A DNA stretch of 64,000 nt, taken from positions 1,794-65,793 of the forward strand of contig JAGVGM010000277.1 in the NCBI GenBank assembly GCA_020057065.1. Direction: 5' to 3'. Each line of letters begins with the position of its first letter. Positions within the stretch are counted from its first letter, which is position 1. The notes under the pieces were generated by a model. The model searched no databases. It was not told where the DNA came from and saw only the letters and a program-made list of their open reading frames with translations. The position numbers and the translations under genes are program-made. Shown here in pieces: positions 48,098 to 57,025 of the stretch. This DNA is from Thermodesulfovibrionia bacterium (GTDB taxonomy: Bacteria; Nitrospirota; Thermodesulfovibrionia; UBA6902).

Positions 48098-48757
48098 ATG
48101 AAAAATATAAGCAAGATTCTAATTATTGCGTTCGCACTATCTATACTGATTGGTATTCAATCTGTGTACGCAATCCCGACTCTTCAATTGAAGAGTGGTG
48201 CAACTACAAAGACGATTGCTGATGGGAGCATTTTAGACGCTAATTCTGAAGCAGGTGTAGTTACTTACATTGGTGCGGTTGGCATTTTCAATCTTAATGT
48301 AACAACAGGAGTTACCAAGCCAGCGCTTGGTTCTGCTACATTACCAGATTTGGATCTGAATTCAGTAGACCTAAACTCAAGTGGAGCCGGAACTCTTAAG
48401 ATATTATTTACTGACGACAATTTCGGTCCGTATACCGGTGGATTTCTATTCAATGTAGGCGGCACTACCAATAATAATACTGTTGGGTTCAAGGCTTATG
48501 TTGATTCTGTACAAATTGTAGATTTAGGGACATTTGGTGGCAGTGGCTCACAGGCATTTAGTGGCAGTGGTTCTGGCGGTAATGGAGTCTATTTAAATCC
48601 ATTTACATTAACCACTGAAGCTACGATCACAACTACTGGTAGATCCAATGTCAGTTTTGATGCAGAACTTGTTACACCGGAACCGAGCACAATAATGCTC
48701 TTAGGCTCAGGTTTAATTGGCGCTGCTATTTACGCAAGACGCAGAAAAATAAAATAG
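48098..48757 (+). CDS. PEP-CTERM sorting-domain secreted protein (paralog of 47019-47654)
   Basis: Signal peptide, and a C-terminal VTPEPSTIMLLGSGLIGAAIYARRRKIK. The core GAVG.F..NV.TG.TKP.LGSA is shared with the paralog. Confidence 0.92.
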   Translation: MKNISKILIIAFALSILIGIQSVYAIPTLQLKSGATTKTIADGSILDANSEAGVVTYIGAVGIFNLNVTTGVTKPALGSATLPDLDLNSVDLNSSGAGTLKILFTDDNFGPYTGGFLFNVGGTTNNNTVGFKAYVDSVQIVDLGTFGGSGSQAFSGSGSGGNGVYLNPFTLTTEATITTTGRSNVSFDAELVTPEPSTIMLLGSGLIGAAIYARRRKIK

Positions 48758-48783
48758 CTTATTAGACATATAATAATAAAAAA

Positions 48784-48816
48784 GGCTTTTGCAGAATTTT
48801 GCAAAAGCCTTTTTTT
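48784..48816 (+). terminator. Rho-independent terminator
   Basis: GGCTTTTGCAGAATTTTGCAAAAGCC followed by T7. Confidence 0.85.
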
Positions 48817-48861
48817 CTTCATCTAACAGGATGTTTCAGCATACTGTTAACGCTTTACTTA

Positions 48862-49566
48862 CTACAATTTAATATTTAGATCTTTTTGCAGAAAAGCCGG
48901 ATTCAGGCGGATAAATTTGTTCTTTTGAATGGTTATTTCTCCGGAATTTTTCCATTTATCCAAAATCCTTGTAACGGACTCCCGGGTCATTCCTGTCATT
49001 TCGGCAATATCCTGATGAGTAAGTTTGATGTTTAATGTTATCCCCTCTGAGGATTTTTTCCCATATTCATCTGAAAGCATAAGAAGCAGCATTTTTGTCC
49101 GTTGTGAAGCGTTATTGAAATTTAATAACTGTATTGTGTCCCAGGACTTACGCAGACGGGTACAAAATATTTTCAGCAAGCTTATCATTACTTTGTTTTG
49201 AGCTGATAAAATTGAATAGAAATCTTTTTTAGAAATGATGGCGACAAGGGAATCCTCTGTAGCTATTACAGAGGCCGGGGTTGTTTTGCCGTCGATCAAT
49301 GACATCTCCCCAAAGAACTCACCCGCTTGATGTACTGCAAGAATTATCTCTTTGCCGTCTTCTGTCATACGCACGGCTTTTACTTTGCCGAACAAAATAA
49401 TATACATGAATTCATTGGTATCTTCCTCGTAGAGGATTGTTTCGTGCTTTTTAAATTTTTTGACAATTAATTTTGTTATGAGATGTTCTATTTCCTTATC
49501 AGACAATGATGAGAAAAGCTGAATTTTCTTAAGAAATTCATTTTTATTATTAAAATTGTTTTGCAC
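48862..49566 (-). CDS. Crp/Fnr-family transcriptional regulator
   Basis: cNMP-binding domain (GEFFGEMSLIDG..TPASVIA) and a C-terminal HTH (LTHQDIAEMTGMTRESVTRIL). Confidence 0.88.
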   Translation of the reverse strand: MQNNFNNKNEFLKKIQLFSSLSDKEIEHLITKLIVKKFKKHETILYEEDTNEFMYIILFGKVKAVRMTEDGKEIILAVHQAGEFFGEMSLIDGKTTPASVIATEDSLVAIISKKDFYSILSAQNKVMISLLKIFCTRLRKSWDTIQLLNFNNASQRTKMLLLMLSDEYGKKSSEGITLNIKLTHQDIAEMTGMTRESVTRILDKWKNSGEITIQKNKFIRLNPAFLQKDLNIKL

Positions 49567-49798
49567 TAGCTTTTCCCCTTAAGTTTTTCTGGTATTAAAT
49601 AGAACCTTTTTATAAAGTCAGATCAAGTGTTCTTCCTGCTTCTGTTTTCCGAAATAAACTGCCGGACATATATAACATGCACAAAATAGGTCATGTAAAA
49701 AGATGATAACATAGCTTTTGAAAAATCAAAAGGGATTTTATTTGCAATCTTCGTTTCATTTTCGTGAAGGATGGTAGCTGCCTTCTCTTTATTAGATA

Positions 49799-49989
49799 GG
49801 GTAACGCTAATTCCCCCTTTGAAAAAGGGGCTGGGCTCCCGTTGCTGCGAAGCATTGCAACGGGAAGCAGGGGGATTTTGTAATAAAAATATTCATCAAA
49901 AAATCTCCCCTAACCCCTGCTTAAGGCACCTACTGTTGGTCTTTTTCAAAGAGGGGAATTAAATACGCCACCCTTCACTGAAGGGTTAC
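49799..49989. repeat. Composite cargo-less family-1 element with nested secondary palindromes
   Basis: TTCCCCCTTTGAAAAAGGGG, an insert (CCCGTTGC..GCAACGGG), GGGGGATTTTG, a 19-bp spacer, AAAATCTCCCCTAACCCC, another insert, then TTTTTCAAAGAGGGGAA. It is flanked by GGGTAACG ... CCACCCTTCACTGAAGGGTTAC. Confidence 0.8.
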
Positions 49990-50057
49990 ACGACAACTAT
50001 AAGACTGGAGGAGAAATACTAAAAAGCTATAAAAAGGTTATAATTTTATATTAAGCG

Positions 50058-52127
50058 ATGATAACATTTATATTTTCAATAATTACAGCTATTGTTGCAA
50101 TTGTCATAGCTTTTGTAGTTTTTCTTAAGAGATACAACCGTCTTTCTCATATAGCGTTTTTTGTAAGCATGCTTTCGACAGCATTTGTGATCTTTGGGGA
50201 TTCAATGTGCATGCTTAATCCTGAATCTATAATTCTCTGGAAGAGATTTGTATTTATAGTTGAGGCGTTGATGGCCACTTCATGGCTTTTATTTGCCATG
50301 AGTTTTGCTCGTGCTGATTATTGGCATGTTGTTAGCAAGTTCTCCAAGCTTCTATTAATGTTATCCCCTCTTTTTGCATATTTTTTTATTGCTATACCGA
50401 TTGAAAATTTCTTTCTTTCTCCCGATTCCGAGTTCAGGAATGAAAAGATTCTTTTCTTGGGGAACACTGGATATGTATTCAACCTTCTGCTTCTTCTCTA
50501 TTCTGTTGTATCAATTATTAATTTAGAGACAACGTTGAGAAGTTCTTCTGGAGTTAACAAGTGGCAAATTAAATATACTGTTATGGGGGCAGGCGGCATT
50601 ATTGCATTTAATATTTTTTATTATAGCTACGCTCTCCTTTATCGTTCAATTAACATGGACTTATTACCGGTAAGGGATGGAATTGTTCTTGTTTCAAATA
50701 TGGTTATAGGATTTTCAATTCTCAGGCACAAGGCGATGGATGTTGAAGTTGCTATATCACGAAATATATTGTTCAGATCGCTAAGTATTTTTATTGTAGG
50801 ATTTTACCTGCTTGGACTTGGGTTAATAGGCGAAGGGATGAGGTATTTGGGTCCGAGAGCTGGTACGAATATTACGATCTTTCTGGGTTTCATTGGCGCT
50901 ATCGTGGTCCTGACAATTATTCTTTCAGAACAATTGCGAAGGAAAGCAATAGTTTTTATTCACAAGAATTTTTATAGTTACAAGTATGATTACAGGGAAC
51001 AGTGGCTGAGTTTTACACAGCGTATTTCTTTAAAAAACGATTTTGATGAATTATTGGGATCGATAGCTGAAGGTTTTAAGGAAGCAATAGGTTCAACAGG
51101 AGCGGCAATATGGTTGAAGGGCAGGGATAATAAGGAATATGTATGTGTTAAGGTTTTGGAAACAAATATTGTTAAGGCTGCTCCGGGCAGCAGGCTTATA
51201 GAATTTCTTCAGAATAAAAAATGGATCTTAAATGTCCATGATAATGAATGTAAAACAGTTGTGTCTGACAATAAGGAATTTATCGAAAAGACCGGAGCAT
51301 CTCTTATAGTTCCTCTTATTCATATTGACAGGCTTATTGGTTTTATTATTCTCAGGGAGAGCCTTGCCGAGAATGAATATAATTATGAGGACTTTGATTT
51401 GCTTAAGACGCTGGCCAAACAGGCGTCCCTGGCAATTGTGAATACACAGCTTGCTGATGAGCTGATAGAGGCAAAAGAAATGGAGGCGATGGGAAGATTA
51501 TCATCGTTCATAATACATGATCTCAAGAATTCAGCCTCTATGCTTTCAATGATAGCACAAAATTCAGAAGAGCATATTGATAATCCGGATTTCCAGAGAG
51601 ATGCGATGCGGGCGGTATCTAATACCTCAGAAAAAATCAGGGGTATTATAGATAAATTGAAAAACCTGCCGATTAAAGCAGAACTGCACCTCAAATATTA
51701 TGATCTGTGTGAGTGCGTTAAGTCAGCTATTGCTCAGGTTGGTTTAAATGGAAAAGCGAATTTGTCTTATAAAGAAATTGAAAACGTAAGTACAAAATTC
51801 GATAATGAAGAACTTTCAAAGGTTATTATTAATCTCATAATGAATGCATTTGATGCAACCGGGATGAAGGGCGAAATAAAAATATCCACCGGCACTGAAA
51901 ATGGCGCTGCTTTCATCAGAGTTTCTGATAATGGATGCGGGATGTCAACTGATTTTATAGATAGAAATTTATTCAGGCCGTTCCAAACTACAAAGAAAAA
52001 AGGGCTTGGAATAGGTCTTTATCAATGTAAGACAATTATAGAGGCCCATTCTGGTAGAATGTTAGTAGAGAGTCAAGAGGGTAGGGGAACTGAATTTATA
52101 ATTTACTTGCCCATAATTTCGCATTGA
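50058..52127 (+). CDS. prsK: PEP-CTERM system sensor histidine kinase (PrsK-like)
   Basis: Multi-TM N-terminus, a GAF-like middle region, H-box SSFIIHDLKNS, and HATPase motifs NLIMNAFDA, DNGCGM and GLGIGLYQCK. Confidence 0.88.
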   Translation: MITFIFSIITAIVAIVIAFVVFLKRYNRLSHIAFFVSMLSTAFVIFGDSMCMLNPESIILWKRFVFIVEALMATSWLLFAMSFARADYWHVVSKFSKLLLMLSPLFAYFFIAIPIENFFLSPDSEFRNEKILFLGNTGYVFNLLLLLYSVVSIINLETTLRSSSGVNKWQIKYTVMGAGGIIAFNIFYYSYALLYRSINMDLLPVRDGIVLVSNMVIGFSILRHKAMDVEVAISRNILFRSLSIFIVGFYLLGLGLIGEGMRYLGPRAGTNITIFLGFIGAIVVLTIILSEQLRRKAIVFIHKNFYSYKYDYREQWLSFTQRISLKNDFDELLGSIAEGFKEAIGSTGAAIWLKGRDNKEYVCVKVLETNIVKAAPGSRLIEFLQNKKWILNVHDNECKTVVSDNKEFIEKTGASLIVPLIHIDRLIGFIILRESLAENEYNYEDFDLLKTLAKQASLAIVNTQLADELIEAKEMEAMGRLSSFIIHDLKNSASMLSMIAQNSEEHIDNPDFQRDAMRAVSNTSEKIRGIIDKLKNLPIKAELHLKYYDLCECVKSAIAQVGLNGKANLSYKEIENVSTKFDNEELSKVIINLIMNAFDATGMKGEIKISTGTENGAAFIRVSDNGCGMSTDFIDRNLFRPFQTTKKKGLGIGLYQCKTIIEAHSGRMLVESQEGRGTEFIIYLPIISH

Positions 52128-52223
52128 TCAAAATGCAGAAAGTGTAAAATATCATATAAAGTATTTTAAGGCTTCTACCGAATAATGACTAATGGTAAAA
52201 GCAAAAACAACTATTGATCAAGA

Positions 52224-52356
52224 GAGGCTTTTGCAAAAGTCTTAGTTTGTCATTCCCGAGGTCTTTATCGGGAATCCAGTATTCTTTAAAAACAGTGCCT
52301 TCTGGATTCCCGTTTTCACGGGAATGACAGATAAGCTATACTTTTGCAAGAGCCTC
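52224..52356. repeat. Nested palindrome, family 2 (GTCATTCCCG...CGGGAATGAC type)
   Basis: The outer arms are GAGGCTTTTGCAAAAG / CTTTTGCAAGAGCCTC. The inner parts are TGTCATTCCCGAGGTCTTTATCGGGAATCCAG and CTGGATTCCCGTTTTCACGGGAATGACA. Confidence 0.85.
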
Positions 52357-52412
52357 AAGTTTGAATAAAATTTATTATTTACCAATAACCAACCAACAAA
52401 AAAGGAGAAACA

Positions 52413-53237
52413 ATGGATATAAAAGATAGAGAAATGCTAATGGCGATGAACATTGAAGACAAGATCACTCAGTCCAAGAAGGTCATAAAAGAGGCTATAG
52501 AGAAATTCGGGACGGAGAAATTAGCGGTAGCATGGACCGGAGGCAAGGACAGCACAACAATGACATGGTTGTTTAGAGAGGCATGTAAGGATCTGGGAGC
52601 GCCGATGCCTAAAATTATGTTCATTGATGAGGGATATGTATTTGAAGAGATCTGGGATATTGTAAATAAACTGAAAAAAGAATGGGATCTTAATGTGGTA
52701 ATTTCAAAGAATACGGATGTAAGTGATAAGGCAAAGAATATCGGGGACATGATCAAGGTAAACAGTCTTGATGAGCGCAACAGAAGTGAAATTGTTAAGC
52801 TTGGTTTTGAAGGAGAGGAATTTCCGTTTGAGCCTGAATCTTTTGTCGGCAATCATTTAATGAAGACTGTTGCAATGAATGTCTTTCTGGAGGATAATGA
52901 TATACAGGCCCTTGCAACCGCTATCAGATGGGATGAACAGACAGCACGCATTGCCGAAACATATTTCAGCCCGAGAAGCAACCCGCCGCATACAAGGATA
53001 CAGCCCATTTTACATTTTAAGGAGAGGGATATCTGGAACTTTATTTTTGAATATAAGGTTCCTTTCTGTGTTTTATACAACGAGGGGTACCGGTCGCTCG
53101 GTGCAAAAGGTTCTACAGTTAAATTGTCTGACATCCCGGCATGGGAGCAGGATCTCGAAAATACGACTGAAAGGGCCGGACGCGGACAAAATAAGGAAGA
53201 AGTCATGGGTAAGCTGAGAGATTTGGGTTATATGTAA
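52413..53237 (+). CDS. CysD-like PP-loop protein (PAPS reductase/ATP sulfurylase small-subunit family)
   Basis: PP-loop AVAWTGGKDSTT, YRSLGA, and a C-terminal TERAGRGQNKEEVMGKLRDLGYM resembling the CysD tail (ER.GR..D....ME..K..GYF). There is no CysH-type ECGLH. Confidence 0.7.
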   Translation: MDIKDREMLMAMNIEDKITQSKKVIKEAIEKFGTEKLAVAWTGGKDSTTMTWLFREACKDLGAPMPKIMFIDEGYVFEEIWDIVNKLKKEWDLNVVISKNTDVSDKAKNIGDMIKVNSLDERNRSEIVKLGFEGEEFPFEPESFVGNHLMKTVAMNVFLEDNDIQALATAIRWDEQTARIAETYFSPRSNPPHTRIQPILHFKERDIWNFIFEYKVPFCVLYNEGYRSLGAKGSTVKLSDIPAWEQDLENTTERAGRGQNKEEVMGKLRDLGYM

Positions 53238-54568
53238 TGTTTAATTTTCTCAAAAAAAAATTAAAAGAGAGCAAAGTTATTGTGCTCGGCATTGACGGGG
53301 TGCCCTGCAGTTTGTTGAAACGGTTTATCAGGCAAGGGCTGATGCCGAATCTTGAGAGCCTTGTTCAAAAGGGTACGCTTACTGACATGACTGCATCGAT
53401 TCCTGATGTTTCATCCACTTCATGGACAACGTTTATGACAGGTGTAAATCCGGGAAGGCACGGTATATATGGCTTTATGGAACTGGAAAAGGGAACATAT
53501 CAGTGGCGGTTTCCAAATTCTAATGATGTTAAAAGCGAGACCTTATGGGAGATAGCCGGCAAATACAATAAAAAAAGTATAGTGATTAACGTGCCGTCTA
53601 CTTACCCTGCAAAGGCATTAAACGGAATACTCACAGCAGGTTTTGTTGCGCTGGATCTGAAAAAAGCAACTTATCCTGAATCGGCTTATGAATATCTGAA
53701 AAGCATTGGATACAGGATGGATGTCGATACAAAAAAGGCTCAGCAATCATTAGAAGCCCTGGCTGCGGACATTGAAGAGACGTTTGTTATAAGGAAGAAC
53801 GCTATACTGCATTTTCTGGACAAGCAGGAGTGGGATCTTTTTATCGGGGTTATAACTGAGACCGATCGTTTACACCACTATCTTTGGATCGCCCTTGAAG
53901 ACGAGAGACATCCATTGCATAATTTCTTTCTTGATTTTTACAGAAAATTGGATATATTTATTGGTGAGATTTATAAGAGAGCTAGTGATGATATTTCACT
54001 CGTTATGTTGTCTGACCATGGCGCCACAGCAATAAAACAGGAAATATATTTAAATGCCTGGCTAAAGGAGAAAGGATATCTGAAATTCAAAAAAGAAAAT
54101 CCGGATACATTTGATGATATGCATGATGAAAGTAAAGTCTTTGTTCTTGATCCTGCAAGATTCTATATTCATTCCAGGAGAAAGTATCCTCGGGGCAATG
54201 TTGATGAAAATGAGTATGATGTCATAAGGCAAAAGCTCAAAGAAGATCTTTTGTCTTTGACCGTTCAGGGGGAAAAAGTCATAAAGACCGTATTGTTTAA
54301 AGAGGAGTTGTATCATGGTAATTTATACGATGAGGCCCCTGACCTTGTTGCAGTATCCTTTGAAGGTTATGATTTAAAGGGTTCGATCAATAAGTCTCAA
54401 ATATCAGGTAAGGGTTTTCTTACAGGTGGACATACAAGAGAAGATGCTTTCTTATATATTAACAGGAAGATAAATTCAACAAATATTAATATAGTAGATA
54501 TTGGCCCTACTATAATGTCGTTTCTTAAAATTGAAGAAAGCACTTTTGACGGAAAAATATTAATTTAA
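53237..54568 (+). CDS. Alkaline-phosphatase-superfamily protein (nucleotide pyrophosphatase/phosphodiesterase-like)
   Basis: VIVLGIDGVPCSLL, SSTSWTTFMTGVNPGRHG and LSDHG. TAATG overlap with the CysD-like gene. Confidence 0.75.
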   Translation: MFNFLKKKLKESKVIVLGIDGVPCSLLKRFIRQGLMPNLESLVQKGTLTDMTASIPDVSSTSWTTFMTGVNPGRHGIYGFMELEKGTYQWRFPNSNDVKSETLWEIAGKYNKKSIVINVPSTYPAKALNGILTAGFVALDLKKATYPESAYEYLKSIGYRMDVDTKKAQQSLEALAADIEETFVIRKNAILHFLDKQEWDLFIGVITETDRLHHYLWIALEDERHPLHNFFLDFYRKLDIFIGEIYKRASDDISLVMLSDHGATAIKQEIYLNAWLKEKGYLKFKKENPDTFDDMHDESKVFVLDPARFYIHSRRKYPRGNVDENEYDVIRQKLKEDLLSLTVQGEKVIKTVLFKEELYHGNLYDEAPDLVAVSFEGYDLKGSINKSQISGKGFLTGGHTREDAFLYINRKINSTNINIVDIGPTIMSFLKIEESTFDGKILI

Positions 54569-54604
54569 TATTCTGATTTAAGAAATATTATCAAAATATA
54601 TAAA

Positions 54605-55996
54605 ATGAAACCATTATTGATGATCGAAGACAACCCTGACATACAGACACAGATGAAGTGGGGCTTTAACAAAGAGTATGATATTGTCCTGGCTTCAGAC
54701 AGAATTACAGCCCTTAAGTTATTTAAAAAGAAACATATTCCTGTTGTCACACTCGATTTAGGACTTCCCCCTGATGAGAATGATGCCAGCGAGGGGCTGT
54801 TATGTCTTCGTGAAATATTACTTGAGGCTCCACAGACCAAGGTAATTATAGTAACAGGTAATGATGACAGGGAGAACGCCCTTAAGGCTATTCATTTAGG
54901 CGCCTATGATTACTATCTAAAACCTGTAAAAATCGCTGAACTTAATGCAATTATTCAACGGGCTTACTATCTTTATGAGATAGAAAATGAAAATAGTAAA
55001 TTGCATATAATGTTAGAGCATGAGGTCGGATACGCAGGTATGATAGGTCAGAGTCAGGAAATGCAGAAAATATTTGATACTATTCATAAGGTCGCTTCGA
55101 CCGATGCAACAATATTAATTACCGGAGAAAGCGGTACGGGCAAAGAACTGGTTGCACAGGCTATTCATGAGAAGAGCTTAAGAAAAAAGGGTCCGTTTAT
55201 AGCGATTAATTGCGGTGCGATACCTGAGACCCTTCTCGAATCTGAGCTTTTTGGTCATGAAAAGGGCGCCTTTACAGGCGCCTATGCCCAGCAGAATGGC
55301 AAATTTGAATATGCGGACAAAGGAACCCTTTTTCTTGATGAGATTGCTGAAATGTCTCCGAGTCTTCAGGCCAAACTTTTAAGATTCCTGCAGGAAAGAA
55401 AGATTCAGCGGGTCGGCGGCAGAAATGATATAGAAATTAATACACGGGTTATTGCTGCGACAAATATTGACTTGACCGCTGCAATGAAAGAAGGTGGATT
55501 TCGTGAAGATCTTTTTTACAGGATAAGTGTTATTTCAATTAATGTACCGCCTTTAAAAGAAAGAGGGAATGATATACGCCTGCTTGCTAATGCATTTCTT
55601 GAAAGATATAAGGTAATGTTCAAAAAGAAGATCAAGGGATTCAGCAATAAAGCGCTTGAAGCAATTGAGAACTATGCCTGGCCCGGCAATGTACGGGAAC
55701 TTGAAAACAAACTGCAGAAAGCAGTCATTACAGCAGACTCTAACATAATAGAACCCTACCATTTGGGTTTGGAAGAACAATCGGAGATAGACAGAGAGAA
55801 TCTGAAGAAAAGATATGAGGGTGTCACTTTAAAAGAGGCCCGTAAAAAACTTGAAAAGGATCTGATCGCAAGTGTGGTTAAAAGGCACAATGGGAATATA
55901 AAAAGGGCATCCGAAGAATTGGGTGTCAGCAGGCCAACATTGTATGATCTGATCGACAAATATAAACTTCCTATTAAGGACGAATTGAAGGATTAG
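54605..55996 (+). CDS. prsR: Sigma-54-dependent response regulator (PrsR-like, NtrC family)
   Basis: Receiver domain (LDLGLPPD), AAA+ domain (GESGTGKE, ESELFGHEKGAFTGA), and a C-terminal Fis-type HTH (ASEELGVSRPTLYDLI). Confidence 0.92.
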   Translation: MKPLLMIEDNPDIQTQMKWGFNKEYDIVLASDRITALKLFKKKHIPVVTLDLGLPPDENDASEGLLCLREILLEAPQTKVIIVTGNDDRENALKAIHLGAYDYYLKPVKIAELNAIIQRAYYLYEIENENSKLHIMLEHEVGYAGMIGQSQEMQKIFDTIHKVASTDATILITGESGTGKELVAQAIHEKSLRKKGPFIAINCGAIPETLLESELFGHEKGAFTGAYAQQNGKFEYADKGTLFLDEIAEMSPSLQAKLLRFLQERKIQRVGGRNDIEINTRVIAATNIDLTAAMKEGGFREDLFYRISVISINVPPLKERGNDIRLLANAFLERYKVMFKKKIKGFSNKALEAIENYAWPGNVRELENKLQKAVITADSNIIEPYHLGLEEQSEIDRENLKKRYEGVTLKEARKKLEKDLIASVVKRHNGNIKRASEELGVSRPTLYDLIDKYKLPIKDELKD

Positions 55997-56130
55997 AACT
56001 GGCTTGAGGATCAATTTAAAAAAGAATCTATATTTTCCGCTTATTTATACTAAATACTAACAAATCTGTTGCGATTATGTATAATACTAAAGTTCAAAAG
56101 TATAGAAATCCTTTTGCATTATAAATCCAT

Positions 56131-56217
56131 GCCGGAGTGGCGGAATTGGTAGACGCAAGGGACTTAAAATCCCTCGTCAGCAATGGCGTACCGGTTCGAG
56201 TCCGGTCTTCGGTACCA
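56131..56217 (+). tRNA. tRNA-Leu (anticodon UAA), class II with a long variable arm; CCA encoded
   Basis: Acceptor GCCGGAG/CTTCGGT, anticodon stem AGGGA/TCCCT with loop CTTAAAA, and T-arm ACCGG-TTCGAGT-CCGGT. Confidence 0.9.
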
Positions 56218-56310
56218 TAAATAATTAGAAATTAAAAATTATGAACGAGTAATTAAGGAAATTATCTCCTCAATGGGTCTTTATAATTACTCATTGTTCA
56301 TTATTAATCG

Positions 56311-56832
56311 TCAGGTGCTTTCCTTGAAGACGGAAATATAAGGCAGATTCCTGAACTTGTTATCATAATCAAGCCCGTATCCTACAATATAAAAATCGGG
56401 GATCTCGAAACCTATATAATCCAGTTTAAGCTCAGTTTTTCTCCGTGATTTCTTGTCAAGGAAAGTGCAGGTTCTTAAAGAAGCGGGATTTCTTGCAAGA
56501 AGCATCTCCTGGATGTACTTTAAAGTAAGACCCGAATCTACTATATCTTCTATGAGCAGCACATGTTTTGCTTTAATATCTTCTCTCAGGTCTGCATGGA
56601 TTTTAATATCCCCGGAAGTTTGTATTTTTATATAACTTGACGCTATGATGAAATCAATATTCATCGGCACCTGGATGTGCCTGACGAGATCTGAGAAAAA
56701 TATAAAAGCACCCCTTAGTATACCTACGGCTAAAATTTCTTTGCCTTCGTAATCCTCTGATATTATTGCTGCGAGTTCTTTTACTTTCTTCTGGATCTGT
56801 TCAACGGTCAGGAGCGGTTTGCCAATTACCAT
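56311..56832 (-). CDS. hpt: Hypoxanthine phosphoribosyltransferase
   Basis: 173 aa, with PRPP motif VLLIEDIVDSGLT and GILRGAFIFFSDL. Confidence 0.9.
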   Translation of the reverse strand: MVIGKPLLTVEQIQKKVKELAAIISEDYEGKEILAVGILRGAFIFFSDLVRHIQVPMNIDFIIASSYIKIQTSGDIKIHADLREDIKAKHVLLIEDIVDSGLTLKYIQEMLLARNPASLRTCTFLDKKSRRKTELKLDYIGFEIPDFYIVGYGLDYDNKFRNLPYISVFKEST

Positions 56833-57025
56833 GTATTATTCCTTTCTATTAGTCAGGAGCAGTTTTGAAATATTATATATCTTAATGCATAAGATTTCAT
56901 TAATTTTATCATTTAAGACGAGGTGGCAGCAAGGCAATTTATTTACGGAATGCACAGAATAACCGTTGGATTTTAAAAACGATTTAGTGCTATACTACCA
57001 CTTAATTTTTTTTTGCAAGGAGACG

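Noticed and set aside
49771-49962. 63-aa ORF (MVAAFSLLDRVTLIPPLKKGLGSRCCEALQREAGGF...)
   Set aside because: It is a conceptual translation of the nested palindromic element. The same PPL-KKG-type peptides arise wherever the repeat occurs.
56243-56299. Possible terminator hairpin between tRNA-Leu and hpt (GAGTAATTA...TAATTACTC)
   Set aside because: The stem is AT-only with a 28-nt loop and no clear T-tract. It is too weak to call from sequence alone.
56131-56310. tRNA-Leu as the attachment site of a genomic island containing the EPS locus
   Set aside because: No integrase was seen, and I did not notice a direct repeat of the tRNA 3' end elsewhere in the window. The downstream genes are core housekeeping genes.
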